Source: a virus
Lineage: Duplodnaviria; Caudoviricetes
DNA length: 64,000 nucleotides
Direction: 5' to 3' (one strand)
IMG/VR virus record: IMGVR_UViG_3300028804_000002
Coordinates: 32,001-96,000 of that record
The position numbers and the translations under genes were made by a program. Under the pieces are notes generated by a model. It did no database searches and was not told where the DNA came from. It saw nothing but the letters and a program-made list of their open reading frames with translations. Positions 47,554-57,643 of the stretch are shown piece by piece. Within the stretch, counting starts at the first letter, position 1. Every line of letters begins with the position of its first letter.

Positions 47554-48474
47554 ATGATAAATAATCTTAAATTATTAGTATCTGGAGATAGTCATACCGT
47601 CTGGGTTCCACCAGGTGGTTTTAATATGGTATGGGTAAATAAATTAAAATCTTTTTTTGAACAGTATTTTCCACAAGTAACATTAACAAATCTTGGAATA
47701 GGTGGAACAACAATAGGTGGTTGTATGCCATCTAGTTATACTTATACAGTAGAGCCTTGCACTCTTTGTCAACCAAATCCTCTTTTAAATATAGAAACTA
47801 TATTATCTTATAATCCAGATTTTGTTGTTATCTCTTTTAGTGGAAATCAGTTTACAAATAGAATGCCAGTATCAGAAGTTGAATATTGTTATACTACAAT
47901 TATAGATATATTGAGAAATAATAATATTAAATTTCTAATAACAGGACAAGGACCAAGAGATAGAACATTTTTTGCTCCAGTTACAGCTCAGACATATTAT
48001 AATGATTCTACAGCTGTTAATACTTTTTTGAAACAGTATGCACCTAATGAATATTGTGATACTTACGAGTATATGTATGATACAATTAATGGATTAAGAC
48101 CTTGGTCATATTTAATGGATACAGGTGGACTACATTATAATGATATTGGAAATCAAGAATATTTAAATGCTCATCTTAGATCAAAATCTTTAGATGATTT
48201 TTTAAATGACTACAAAGCTTCCACAAAAGATTTCTCTTTTACAAAAAGTGGAAGTAATATAGAATTTTCTGGTATTATTAGATATAATACAATAGAAATA
48301 TATGGAAGTAATGATAATTCTACATATGATTTAATAAATACATATACAACTCCTGGAGAAGAAAGAGACTTTGTGATTGTGAATGAAAGTTTTGTAGATA
48401 CTGGATATCTCTGGTATAAAATAAAAATAATAGGTAAAAGATTAACTAAAACAATAACAAAAAAATTAAACTAA
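47554..48474 (+). CDS. SGNH/GDSL hydrolase (esterase)
   Basis: GDSHT, NLGIGG, SGNQ, DTGGLHYN. Confidence 0.8.
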   Translation: MINNLKLLVSGDSHTVWVPPGGFNMVWVNKLKSFFEQYFPQVTLTNLGIGGTTIGGCMPSSYTYTVEPCTLCQPNPLLNIETILSYNPDFVVISFSGNQFTNRMPVSEVEYCYTTIIDILRNNNIKFLITGQGPRDRTFFAPVTAQTYYNDSTAVNTFLKQYAPNEYCDTYEYMYDTINGLRPWSYLMDTGGLHYNDIGNQEYLNAHLRSKSLDDFLNDYKASTKDFSFTKSGSNIEFSGIIRYNTIEIYGSNDNSTYDLINTYTTPGEERDFVIVNESFVDTGYLWYKIKIIGKRLTKTITKKLN

Positions 48475-50531
48475 TGGCAATATATTACGTAAGTACTACA
48501 GGTAATGATGCATCAAACGGTTCACAATCAACGCCTTGGAAAACACTTAATAAAGCGTTTTCTTCTGTTATATCTGGTGATACCATTCATGTTAATGCTG
48601 GTACATATACTCAAGCAACAACTTTAAATTTACCAGTTGGTGTAAATTTAGAAGGTGATGGTAAAGATTTGACTATTATAAAAGGTACTATGACTGGAGA
48701 TTGGTCTGTACTTTTAAATATAGAAAGTTCTTCATTAACAAATGGTAATCAAATAATATCTAATATTGGATTTGATGGTAGTTATGTTAGTAATACAAAT
48801 TTTAAGACTTGGATAGCTATTTGGAGTACTTTACGTCATAATGTTGTATTAGATAATTGCTCTATAAAAAAGTTTTACCACAGAGGTGTTATTTTTAATG
48901 GTAATGGTGATAATAGTTCTACTATTCCAATAGATCCTAAAATATATACTACAGGTAATAAAATTACTAATTGTGTATTTGATGATGCTGCTGGTTGGTA
49001 TGGTACTACAATATGTGGACAAATTAATGTTGGTGGTACTAAAGATATGATTATATCTGGAAATACAATGACCCAACTTTCACGTCCTGCTGGTACAAAT
49101 GGTGAGCTTATTAAATATTGGGGCTCTGGTTATAATTTAGGTTTAAAGATTCTTAACAATACATTAAAAAGAGCTAATTTTACAGGTCCAAGTTGGAATG
49201 GAGATAGTGATTGGAATTTTGCTATTGAATTATTTAATCAATCCGGATTAGAAATTGCCAATAATGATATTCAAGGAAGTATTGATCTTAATTATAATAG
49301 AGTAGTATCTCCATACACTTACAGTTTATGGATACATCATAATTATAGTGGTCACTCTCCAATAAATACGAAAGAAGAACAAGGTATTATACTTGAGTTT
49401 GAAACTGATAGAGCAATTATAGAAGATAATAGATTTTATAATCAAGCAATGGGTATAACATTTAATGTTCGTACACCTAATAATAATGGTGGATATAATA
49501 ATCCAAAACCAGTTGGTGGTTATAGTGCAGTTACAAACGTAACGATTAAGAATAACTTATTTGCTAATTTATATAGCACACCATCAAGTTCTGCTGGTAT
49601 TCAATTCTTAACAGAAGGTGATACAAAAGATGCATATTGCAGAAACTTACAAATATCTAATAATACATTTGTAACAAATTCTAGTGATGCTGCAATTTCT
49701 GGTATAGATTTATCTCATTTTCAAAAAGCTGTTAATAGTACCCCAGGTGCTGATGGCATTACCATTAATAATAATATTTTTATAGGTTTCGCAGGTCAAT
49801 ATTTAGAAGGTGGTTCTACACAAATGGTTAACATTATCACTAAAGATAACTGTTTGTGGAATAATGGTAATACTAATAATCCAAATTGGATAGGTTCTTT
49901 AATTAATACAAATAATCAAAAAGTAAATCCATTACTTGATTCTAATTATTTAGTACCTACAAATTCTCCAATATATGGTCAAAATATTGGTTATCAAGCT
50001 AATTCAGCTCCACAACCATGTACATATACTTATTCGGTTTGGGGACCATGTGTTAATGGACAACAAACTAGAACTGTAATTTCAACTACTCCTTCAGGAT
50101 GTATAGGAACACCAGTTTTAACTCAATCTTGTGTAGTAGTTAATCAACCTCCTACTGCCAATGCAGGACCTGATCAGACGATCACGCTTCCTACCAACTC
50201 AGTAATCCTGTCTGGTAGTGGCACCGATCCGGATGGAACAATAGTGAATTATACATGGAAAAATAGTGGTGGAGTTGTAGTTGGAACAACAGCTTCAATA
50301 ACTCTTACTAATTTAACTGAAGGAGTATATACATATAATTTAACAGTGACAGATAATCAAGGAGATTCTGATTCAGATTCTGTTATTATAACAGTAAAAG
50401 CAGCTCCAACAAATCAAAATAGTACTCAAGTAATAGTATATGAATATGCTAATAATACTGCAGCAAAAGCTGCTGGATTAAAAGTTGGAATGTTGTATCG
50501 TACAGGAGCAAATGTCAAAGTAGTTTATTAA
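48474..50531 (+). CDS. Right-handed beta-helix (pectate-lyase-like) depolymerase with Cys-rich and PKD domains
   Basis: YYVSTTGND...PWKT..KA...GDTI...AGTY; beta-helix repeats; CTYTYSVWGPC; NQPPTANAGPDQ PKD; YANNTAA..AGL..G..YRTG tail. Confidence 0.75.
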   Translation: MAIYYVSTTGNDASNGSQSTPWKTLNKAFSSVISGDTIHVNAGTYTQATTLNLPVGVNLEGDGKDLTIIKGTMTGDWSVLLNIESSSLTNGNQIISNIGFDGSYVSNTNFKTWIAIWSTLRHNVVLDNCSIKKFYHRGVIFNGNGDNSSTIPIDPKIYTTGNKITNCVFDDAAGWYGTTICGQINVGGTKDMIISGNTMTQLSRPAGTNGELIKYWGSGYNLGLKILNNTLKRANFTGPSWNGDSDWNFAIELFNQSGLEIANNDIQGSIDLNYNRVVSPYTYSLWIHHNYSGHSPINTKEEQGIILEFETDRAIIEDNRFYNQAMGITFNVRTPNNNGGYNNPKPVGGYSAVTNVTIKNNLFANLYSTPSSSAGIQFLTEGDTKDAYCRNLQISNNTFVTNSSDAAISGIDLSHFQKAVNSTPGADGITINNNIFIGFAGQYLEGGSTQMVNIITKDNCLWNNGNTNNPNWIGSLINTNNQKVNPLLDSNYLVPTNSPIYGQNIGYQANSAPQPCTYTYSVWGPCVNGQQTRTVISTTPSGCIGTPVLTQSCVVVNQPPTANAGPDQTITLPTNSVILSGSGTDPDGTIVNYTWKNSGGVVVGTTASITLTNLTEGVYTYNLTVTDNQGDSDSDSVIITVKAAPTNQNSTQVIVYEYANNTAAKAAGLKVGMLYRTGANVKVVY

Positions 50532-50543
50532 TGAAATACATTA

Positions 50544-53500
50544 ATGAAAAAATTAATATTAAATTATACGTTCAATGCATCAGCTAAGAGTATTACTTTT
50601 AAAGATTATAAGAGTATAAACTTATCTGGTATCTTGTCAATAAAAAATTTGACAAGAAATGTTGTAATTTATATATTAAATACAGAACTTAATGGTAGAG
50701 TTGTAGGCAATCAATTCATTTATGAAGGACATTTTCCATCCTTTAAAAATAATGATAAATTACAAATATGGTATGTAGATAATATACCTGATGAAGTATC
50801 AGAGCCTCCCGTAGGTTCAGTATTTGCTGGAACCTCTAATGCTACTTTAGGTCAAGTGATTTTTTCTAATACCAATGGAGTATCTTTTGGTATTAATGGT
50901 CAAGTAATAACAGCATCAGTAGCTCCTGCTGATGGACTTGTTAATTTTAGTGCAGGTACAACTTCTCGTAGTCTTAGTAATGTAGTATTTTCTAACTCAA
51001 ATGGAATATCATTTGGACTAAATGGTAGTACTATTACTGCTTCAGTTGGAGCAGGTGGTGCTGCAGGAACTGTTTCTGCTGGAACAACTGATGTAGCTCT
51101 TGGTAAAGTTATATTTTCAAATTCTAACGGGATATCTTTTGGTTTAAATGGATCAACACTTACTGCTCAACACAATGCTTTAACCTCACAATCTAATCAG
51201 GCAATAAGTGGTAGCAATGGTAGCTTTACGTTCCAAACTGCAACATTTGGTAATTTAAATGGATTATCATTTTATATCAGCAACGGTTCTTTAGTAGGAT
51301 CATATACAGTGCCTTCAACAGCAGGACATATATCTCGTATAAACGTATCTGCTGGAACAACTTCTAACAATTTAACTAATTTTATTCTAAGTAATTCTAA
51401 TGGAGTTACTTTTGGATTAGACGGTTCTACAATAACAGCAAGCTATAGTCAGTCTACACATAGTCATTCTAGTTTAGTATTTTCTAATGATAATAATGTA
51501 ACTTTTGGAATAGCAGGCTCTACCTTGACAGCTAGTGCGTCTTATTCTAATGTTACCGATTATATTTCTATAGGAGAATCAACAAATTTCTTATTAACAG
51601 ATGTAACTAGCAATTTTCAATTTACATCTCAAATGTCTGATTATCAGTTAACAGCTGATATGACTAATTATCAAACTACTGGTAATTACTTAACAACAGC
51701 AATGGAAAGTGATTATGGTAGTAATTTTATTTATTCTTCAGCATCACTTGATTTAACAAATATATCAGCCACTCTTGGAAGTGATACAATAGCATTGTCT
51801 GTAGCAGCACAATCTACACAGCCAGTTGCTTATTCAGCTAATAATGGATCTGCTTTATTTTCTACTTTAAAGTTTGCAGATAGTAATGGTATTACATTTT
51901 CTACTGGTACACAAGGATTATATGGTACAATAAAAACAGATTATCTAACTACTGCAATGGCTAGTAATCAAGGTAGTGATTTTGTTCAAGCTACAGCTGC
52001 ATTTGCAGGAACTAATGTTAGTGGTACAATAGCCAGTGATGGTATTTCTATATCTGTAAATTCACAATCTTCTGTACCACAAAATGCATCCTTATATGGA
52101 TTAGGTAACACAACACAAAATAGTTCAACTGTTTTATCTGTTAATGCACTTTCTCTCAATGCTATAGGTTCTTTAACAGTAGGATATAGTAATGGTAGTA
52201 TTCAATTAAGTGCTCCAAATGCTTTAACAACAGCCATGGCTTCAAACAGAGGTTCAGAGTTTGTTCAAGCAAATGCTGTATTTAATGGAACTAATGCTTC
52301 TGGTACAATAGCAAGTAATGCTATATCAATATCAGTAGCTGCACAATCCGCTCAAACTGGTATATCAAGTATAGTTTTATCTAATACTACATATACATCA
52401 GGACAAATTTCCTTTAGAGATGGTAATGGTATTTCGTGGGCATCAACTACAGGTCAGGGTGTCTCTATTACTCATGGATTGCAGTTTACTTCTAATACTT
52501 CAGCTATTACTTCTAATGCTTTAAATACCTCACAAAGTAGCTTATTTAGACATACTTCGCAAAATTCACAGTTACAATTTACTTCACAAATGAGTGATTA
52601 TCTTGAGACTGCACAATCCTCTAAATATATACAAAACTGGAAGTTAACAGGTAATACTGCTGGGACTACATCATCAGCTCAAGGAACTGATTTATGGTTA
52701 GCTGGTGGTAATAATATTACTGTATCTGGATCATCAAATACTATTTCATTTTCTGTAGGTAATTATTTAACTACAGCACGTGCATCTACTGATGCGATAG
52801 GATTAAATACAGCTCAATCTAATGTTACTTGGACAGTTAATTCATCAGGATTATCTTTTGATGCAAGAGGATATGCTGGTACGGGCACATCTGCTACTAA
52901 TGCTTCTATTACATTGAATTCCAATGGATTACAAATATCTGTTGCACCAGGTGGTGGAGTTAATCCTGTAGCATCTGCTAGTAATGGTTCATTCTCATTT
53001 ACTACTTTAGCGTTCTCAAATGCTAATAATGTTACATTTGGTACATCAGCGGGATCAATAATTACAGCTTCTGTAGCTGCTCCAGGAGCAGCAGCTGAAA
53101 ATAACTGGTTTAATCTTATAGGAAATACTGCTGGAAATACTACAGCATCTGGATCAACAATAGCACTTTCTGGAGGTAATGGTGTAACAATTTCTGGAAC
53201 AAATGGTTCTCAAATAAGAATTGATGTAAACACAGTACCAGATCAAATATTTTTAAATGGAAATACTGGTGGTACTTCTTCTTGGTCTATTTCCAATGAT
53301 GCGTTTTATTTTTCCGGAGGTAATAATATTACTTTATCAGGAAGTGGTAGTACAGTTGGGATAAATGCTCCAGCTACTTCATCTTTATCTGCTACAGGTC
53401 AAGTATCTATATCAGTAAATGGTTCCACTATTTCAATAGGTGTACCAAATGCATCAACATTATCTGGATATAACGCATATGCAGATTTACCAATGGTAGC

Positions 53501-54056
53501 TGGACAAGTTGGACAAGGTACTCTGCGATTTGAACCAGAGATCTTCCCCAATTTCCAATGTGATAGAATATTGCTACCTATGCATAATACTAACTCATCA
53601 AACTCATCTGGTTCACATACCTTATCTTTTTGGGTTGGTATATACACAAGAAATGCATCTAGTTTATCATTATATAGCAGTATTTCTGCTTCAACAGCAT
53701 TAACTCATTCAGGAACAGCTGGTAGCTATTCATTATATTCTGGCATAAGACATTTTACTATAGGTATGACAAATACTTTTACAGAAGGTGAATATTGGAT
53801 AGGTTTTCTATCTCGTACAACTTCTGGTGGTGCAAATGGAAGTTATTCAAATATGGTAGTATCTAATGTAAACAGTGCTTTTCAGGGATTCTTTGGTTCT
53901 TCAAATAATACAACCATGCAATTTACATTAGGACAAGGAGTATATACAGTTACTACATCAGCTATGCCTGCTTCTGTTGCATTTTCACAAATAAGGGGTA
54001 GTGATTCAATGGCACTTAGGGCACCAATAATGTTATTTGCTTCATCAACTATATAA
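50544..54056 (+). CDS. Ser/Thr/Gly/Asn-rich repetitive fibre protein (1170 aa)
   Basis: Repeats FSNSNG(I/V)(S/T)FG, YLTTAM, QFTSQMSDY; very few charged residues. Confidence 0.7.
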   Translation: MKKLILNYTFNASAKSITFKDYKSINLSGILSIKNLTRNVVIYILNTELNGRVVGNQFIYEGHFPSFKNNDKLQIWYVDNIPDEVSEPPVGSVFAGTSNATLGQVIFSNTNGVSFGINGQVITASVAPADGLVNFSAGTTSRSLSNVVFSNSNGISFGLNGSTITASVGAGGAAGTVSAGTTDVALGKVIFSNSNGISFGLNGSTLTAQHNALTSQSNQAISGSNGSFTFQTATFGNLNGLSFYISNGSLVGSYTVPSTAGHISRINVSAGTTSNNLTNFILSNSNGVTFGLDGSTITASYSQSTHSHSSLVFSNDNNVTFGIAGSTLTASASYSNVTDYISIGESTNFLLTDVTSNFQFTSQMSDYQLTADMTNYQTTGNYLTTAMESDYGSNFIYSSASLDLTNISATLGSDTIALSVAAQSTQPVAYSANNGSALFSTLKFADSNGITFSTGTQGLYGTIKTDYLTTAMASNQGSDFVQATAAFAGTNVSGTIASDGISISVNSQSSVPQNASLYGLGNTTQNSSTVLSVNALSLNAIGSLTVGYSNGSIQLSAPNALTTAMASNRGSEFVQANAVFNGTNASGTIASNAISISVAAQSAQTGISSIVLSNTTYTSGQISFRDGNGISWASTTGQGVSITHGLQFTSNTSAITSNALNTSQSSLFRHTSQNSQLQFTSQMSDYLETAQSSKYIQNWKLTGNTAGTTSSAQGTDLWLAGGNNITVSGSSNTISFSVGNYLTTARASTDAIGLNTAQSNVTWTVNSSGLSFDARGYAGTGTSATNASITLNSNGLQISVAPGGGVNPVASASNGSFSFTTLAFSNANNVTFGTSAGSIITASVAAPGAAAENNWFNLIGNTAGNTTASGSTIALSGGNGVTISGTNGSQIRIDVNTVPDQIFLNGNTGGTSSWSISNDAFYFSGGNNITLSGSGSTVGINAPATSSLSATGQVSISVNGSTISIGVPNASTLSGYNAYADLPMVAGQVGQGTLRFEPEIFPNFQCDRILLPMHNTNSSNSSGSHTLSFWVGIYTRNASSLSLYSSISASTALTHSGTAGSYSLYSGIRHFTIGMTNTFTEGEYWIGFLSRTTSGGANGSYSNMVVSNVNSAFQGFFGSSNNTTMQFTLGQGVYTVTTSAMPASVAFSQIRGSDSMALRAPIMLFASSTI

Positions 54057-54057
54057 T

Positions 54058-54630
54058 ATGGCAGGAACAGCTTCAATAGGATGGTTAGGAAATGTGCAGT
54101 CTACAACTTATGCTACTTGGGATCCTGCTAATACAAATGCAGGCATAACCTTGAGCAATGGAGATTTGACAGCTACTGCCAGCAATGCAGATGTTTATGC
54201 TACTCGTAGTACAATTGGTAAATCTTCTGGTAAATGGTATTGGGAGATAATAATTGGAGCAGTAATAAGTAATTCTACATCATATGGTATAAAAACATCA
54301 TCTGAAGGTACTACAGTACTTGTTGGTACTACAGCAAATGGCTATGGATATACAGATACAGGAGAAAAGAAGAATAATGGTGTCGATACTGCCTATGGAA
54401 CAGCCCCTGCAAATGGTGTAGTTATAGGTGTAGCTTTAGATATGGATACTGGACAAATTACATTTTATCGTAATAATGTTAGTCAAGGAGTAGCCTTTAC
54501 TGGACTTACTGGTACTTTTTATGCAGCATTTAGTTCTGGATTTGGTGCTAATGTTGTTACTGCTAATTTTGGAGCTACTACAATGACTTATACAGCTCCA
54601 GTTGGATATAATCAAGGTTTGTATAATTAA
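54058..54630 (+). CDS. SPRY-domain (lectin-like) protein
   Basis: TWDP, LSNGDLTA, SSGKWYWE, IGVALDMD...FYRN; start likely ATG 54058. Confidence 0.8.
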   Translation: MAGTASIGWLGNVQSTTYATWDPANTNAGITLSNGDLTATASNADVYATRSTIGKSSGKWYWEIIIGAVISNSTSYGIKTSSEGTTVLVGTTANGYGYTDTGEKKNNGVDTAYGTAPANGVVIGVALDMDTGQITFYRNNVSQGVAFTGLTGTFYAAFSSGFGANVVTANFGATTMTYTAPVGYNQGLYN

Positions 54631-54632
54631 AA

Positions 54633-54664
54633 TTTGGTAATTTCAGATTAATTTTGTATATTAT
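54633..54664 (+). promoter_or_regulatory. Promoter, near-duplicate of 55473-55504
   Basis: TTTG-N20-TATATTAT. Confidence 0.6.
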
Positions 54665-54668
54665 AACA

Positions 54669-54776
54669 CTATGTCTAATCTGTAATATAAGTATAGGACA
54701 TGTTGAAAAACCAAATTTCTTAGAGAAAGCCAAAAAATATTTAAAATTAAATGAAACCACAAATGATTGGAATTGA
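54669..54776 (+). pseudogene. C-terminal remnant of an endonuclease VII-type homing endonuclease
   Basis: Start-less frame LCLICNISIGHVEKPNFLEKAKKYL, matching LCHICNTKLG...YL of the 55514 ORF. Confidence 0.65.
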
Positions 54777-55467
54777 ATCTGGAATGCATAATGCAGATCT
54801 AGATAAGTCTTCTTTACGTATAAAACAAGGAGGATCATGGCGTAAACAACGAGTTATAATGTTAATACCCGCAGGTCCTAGTATACCAACTAAGGTATAT
54901 TTATCACATTGTAGTTTAATATTTCCACCAAATCAGCCTCATTTTAAAATGGCAGCTGTTGGTATGGAAGTAGGAGAAGCATTCTCAAATTCAATACAGG
55001 ACATCCTAAATCATCCAGAATTATCTCAATGGGAGTATCTATTAACTATAGAACATGATAATATACCTCAACCAGGAGACTTAATAGCCCTTTTAAAAAG
55101 AATGGAGGAGCATCCAGAATTTGCTTGTATAGGTGGTCTATATTGGACTAAAGGTGAAGGTGGTGTACCACAAATATGGGGTGATCCAAAAGATACTACA
55201 CTCAACTATCGTCCTCAAGCTCCTGATCCTAATGGTGGTCTTGTCGAATGTTGTGGTACTGGAATGGGTTTTAATCTTTGGAGATTACAAATGTTTAAAG
55301 ATCCTAATCTCAGAAGACCATGGTTTAAAACAATAGCTGGTAAAGAAGGTGTAGGTACACAAGATCTTTATTTTTGGTCAGATGCAAGAAAAAATGGATA
55401 TCGTTGTGCTATAGATTGTAGTGTCAAAGTAGGTCACTACGAACAGGCTACCGACATTACGTGGTAG
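54751..55467 (+). CDS. Glycosyltransferase (GT-A/GT2-like)
   Basis: YLLTIEHDNIP, IGGLYW, GTGMGF.L, PWF, QDLYF, VKVGH. Confidence 0.8.
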   Translation: MKPQMIGIESGMHNADLDKSSLRIKQGGSWRKQRVIMLIPAGPSIPTKVYLSHCSLIFPPNQPHFKMAAVGMEVGEAFSNSIQDILNHPELSQWEYLLTIEHDNIPQPGDLIALLKRMEEHPEFACIGGLYWTKGEGGVPQIWGDPKDTTLNYRPQAPDPNGGLVECCGTGMGFNLWRLQMFKDPNLRRPWFKTIAGKEGVGTQDLYFWSDARKNGYRCAIDCSVKVGHYEQATDITW

Positions 55468-55472
55468 AATTA

Positions 55473-55504
55473 TTTGGTAATATCCAATTTATTTTGTATA
55501 TTAT
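55473..55504 (+). promoter_or_regulatory. Promoter upstream of homing endonuclease
   Basis: TTTG-N20-TATATTAT. Confidence 0.6.
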
Positions 55505-55513
55505 AATAAAAAT

Positions 55514-55948
55514 ATGCAAAATTTAGAAAAATATAGAAAAAGAAAAAGAGAATATGCTAAAACTCCAGATCAAAGAAAAAAGAGAACTGAATATATGAGA
55601 TTATGGAGAGAAAAAAATAGAGATAAACATAATTTACAAGCTAAAGAATCTCATCATAGAAATAAGCATAAACATATAGATAGAGTTAGAAGTTATAGTC
55701 TTTTAATTAAATATGGTATAACTCTTGAAAATAAACTAGAGATGATTAGATCTCAAAATTTTAAGTGTAAAATTTGTGATAAAGAATTTAAAAATAATAG
55801 AACTACACATATAGATCATAATCACAAAACTGGAGAAATTAGGGGTATTCTTTGTCATATTTGTAATACCAAATTAGGATGGTATGAATTATATAAAAAT
55901 CAAATAAACCAATATTTAAATGAAGAAAGTAACAAAAAAACCAATTAA
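55514..55948 (+). CDS. Endonuclease VII-family HNH (free-standing homing endonuclease)
   Basis: KYGIT, Q..KCKIC, HIDHNHKTGEIRGILCHICN. Confidence 0.9.
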   Translation: MQNLEKYRKRKREYAKTPDQRKKRTEYMRLWREKNRDKHNLQAKESHHRNKHKHIDRVRSYSLLIKYGITLENKLEMIRSQNFKCKICDKEFKNNRTTHIDHNHKTGEIRGILCHICNTKLGWYELYKNQINQYLNEESNKKTN

Positions 55949-56501
55949 ACAAGAAGGTCCAATTCGCATTGATATTGGATGTGGTAAAAATAAAAGAGAA
56001 GGATTTCTAGGTGTAGATATTCTACCTTTTGAAGGTGTAGATGTAGTAATGGATGCTGGTAATAAAAAATGGCCTTTTAAAGATAATAGTGTAGATGAAG
56101 TACATGCTTCACATTTTGTTGAACATCTATTACCTAAAGAAAGAATTCATTTTGTTAATGAACTTCAAAGAGTATTAAAAGATCCAGTTTATCAAGATGG
56201 TAGACTTATTAGTGGATTTGCAACAATTATAGTACCACATTGGGCCTCACAAAGAGCTTATGGTGATTTGACTCATACTTGGCCGCCAGTATCTGAATTT
56301 TGGTTTTATTATTTAGATAAAGATTGGAGAGCTATAAATGCTCCACATAACCAAGATTATAAATGTCACTTACAAGTAACCTGGGGTTATTCATTACATC
56401 CAGAAGTTAATAATAGAAATATAGAATATCAGCAAGAAGCTATGAAATGGAAAAAAGAGGCTTGTTCTGATATAATTGCACAAATCAGTAAAAAAATATA
56501 A
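55920..56501 (+). CDS. Class I SAM-dependent methyltransferase
   Basis: IDIGCG, GVD, WPFKDNSVDEV.ASHFVEHL, DLTH. Confidence 0.85.
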   Translation: MKKVTKKPIKQEGPIRIDIGCGKNKREGFLGVDILPFEGVDVVMDAGNKKWPFKDNSVDEVHASHFVEHLLPKERIHFVNELQRVLKDPVYQDGRLISGFATIIVPHWASQRAYGDLTHTWPPVSEFWFYYLDKDWRAINAPHNQDYKCHLQVTWGYSLHPEVNNRNIEYQQEAMKWKKEACSDIIAQISKKI

Positions 56502-56503
56502 AA

Positions 56504-56716
56504 ATGAATAATGAGATGAATCCTCAAAATGGTCACATTAATTTAGTAATTTCAATTATTTTAGGAATATTTGGAATACTTTTAGATAATGTAGACATTA
56601 TTGCAAAATGGCTTATGTATCTAACTTCTAGTGCAGCAGCAATAGCTTCTTTTATAAATTATATTTATAGTATAAAAGAAAAAAGAAGACGTCTTCGAAA
56701 AGAAAATAAAGAATAA
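56504..56716 (+). CDS. Putative holin
   Basis: Two TM helices, basic C-terminus, upstream of endolysin. Confidence 0.55.
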   Translation: MNNEMNPQNGHINLVISIILGIFGILLDNVDIIAKWLMYLTSSAAAIASFINYIYSIKEKRRRLRKENKE

Positions 56717-56720
56717 ATAT

Positions 56721-56996
56721 ATGAAAAGAAATGTAGTTAAAGGTATTATAACATCTATTGTTGGTATAGCAATAATGCTTATTACTCTTTCACTAGTCTT
56801 TACAGGAGTAATGGACTGGGTTTGGAATGGAATTGGAGGTATTATTATAGGCACTATATTGCTTCTATCTCCAGATACATTAGTAAAAAAGATAGGTCTA
56901 TTTTTTAGAGGAGCTAGTAGAAATAGAGATGACGATGATAATTGTTATACTCCTCCTCCTAGTAATAGAAAAATAGATAATCCAGATGATAAATAA
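56721..56996 (+). CDS. Putative holin/membrane lysis protein
   Basis: Two TM helices; overlaps lysozyme start. Confidence 0.5.
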   Translation: MKRNVVKGIITSIVGIAIMLITLSLVFTGVMDWVWNGIGGIIIGTILLLSPDTLVKKIGLFFRGASRNRDDDDNCYTPPPSNRKIDNPDDK

Positions 56997-57435
56997 ACAA
57001 TCAATTAATTTAATAAAGTCTTTTGAAGGCTTAAGATTAAAAGCATATCCTGATCCAGGGACTAATGGAGAGCCATACACAATTGGATTTGGGACAACAG
57101 TTTATAATGGAGTACAAAAAGTAAAGCTTGGAGATGTTATAGATGAATCTCAAGCAGAATCTTATCTTTTATTTGATGTTAATCAATTTTCAAAAGGTGT
57201 CTCTAAACTTATTAAAAAACCCCTAAGTGATAATCAATTTGGAGCTATAACTTCATTTGCTTACAATGTTGGTATACCAAATTTAAGATCTAGTACCCTA
57301 TTAAAGAAAGTTAATAATGATCCTAATGATTACTCAATAAGAGATGAGTTCATGAAATGGAACAAAGCTGCTGGTAAAGTACTTAGTGGACTTACAAGAC
57401 GTAGAAAAGCTGAAGCTGATTTATATTTTAGTTAA
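56986..57435 (+). CDS. Endolysin, GH24 lysozyme
   Basis: FEGLRLKAYPD...TIGFG, SFAYNVG, SSTLLKK, GLTRRR..E. Confidence 0.95.
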   Translation: MINKQSINLIKSFEGLRLKAYPDPGTNGEPYTIGFGTTVYNGVQKVKLGDVIDESQAESYLLFDVNQFSKGVSKLIKKPLSDNQFGAITSFAYNVGIPNLRSSTLLKKVNNDPNDYSIRDEFMKWNKAAGKVLSGLTRRRKAEADLYFS

Positions 57436-57601
57436 ATTTTTATGAGGACTTTCCAAATATGCCTGTATTTCTGCACTTAAATTTAAATGCTCTATATCTG
57501 GCATTCCATATTTACCTGATTGTATATCTATTACAATCTGCTGTAATTTTTCATCTAATGTTTGTTTCATAATTTTTTAGTTAAGAGGAATTACTAAAAT
57601 T

Positions 57602-57630
57602 AAAGCCCTGACTCCACATCAGGGCTTTTT
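57602..57630. terminator. Intrinsic terminator near convergent units
   Basis: AAAGCCCTGA-CTCCACA-TCAGGGCTTTTT. Confidence 0.75.
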
Positions 57631-57643
57631 GTTTTAGGCAAAA

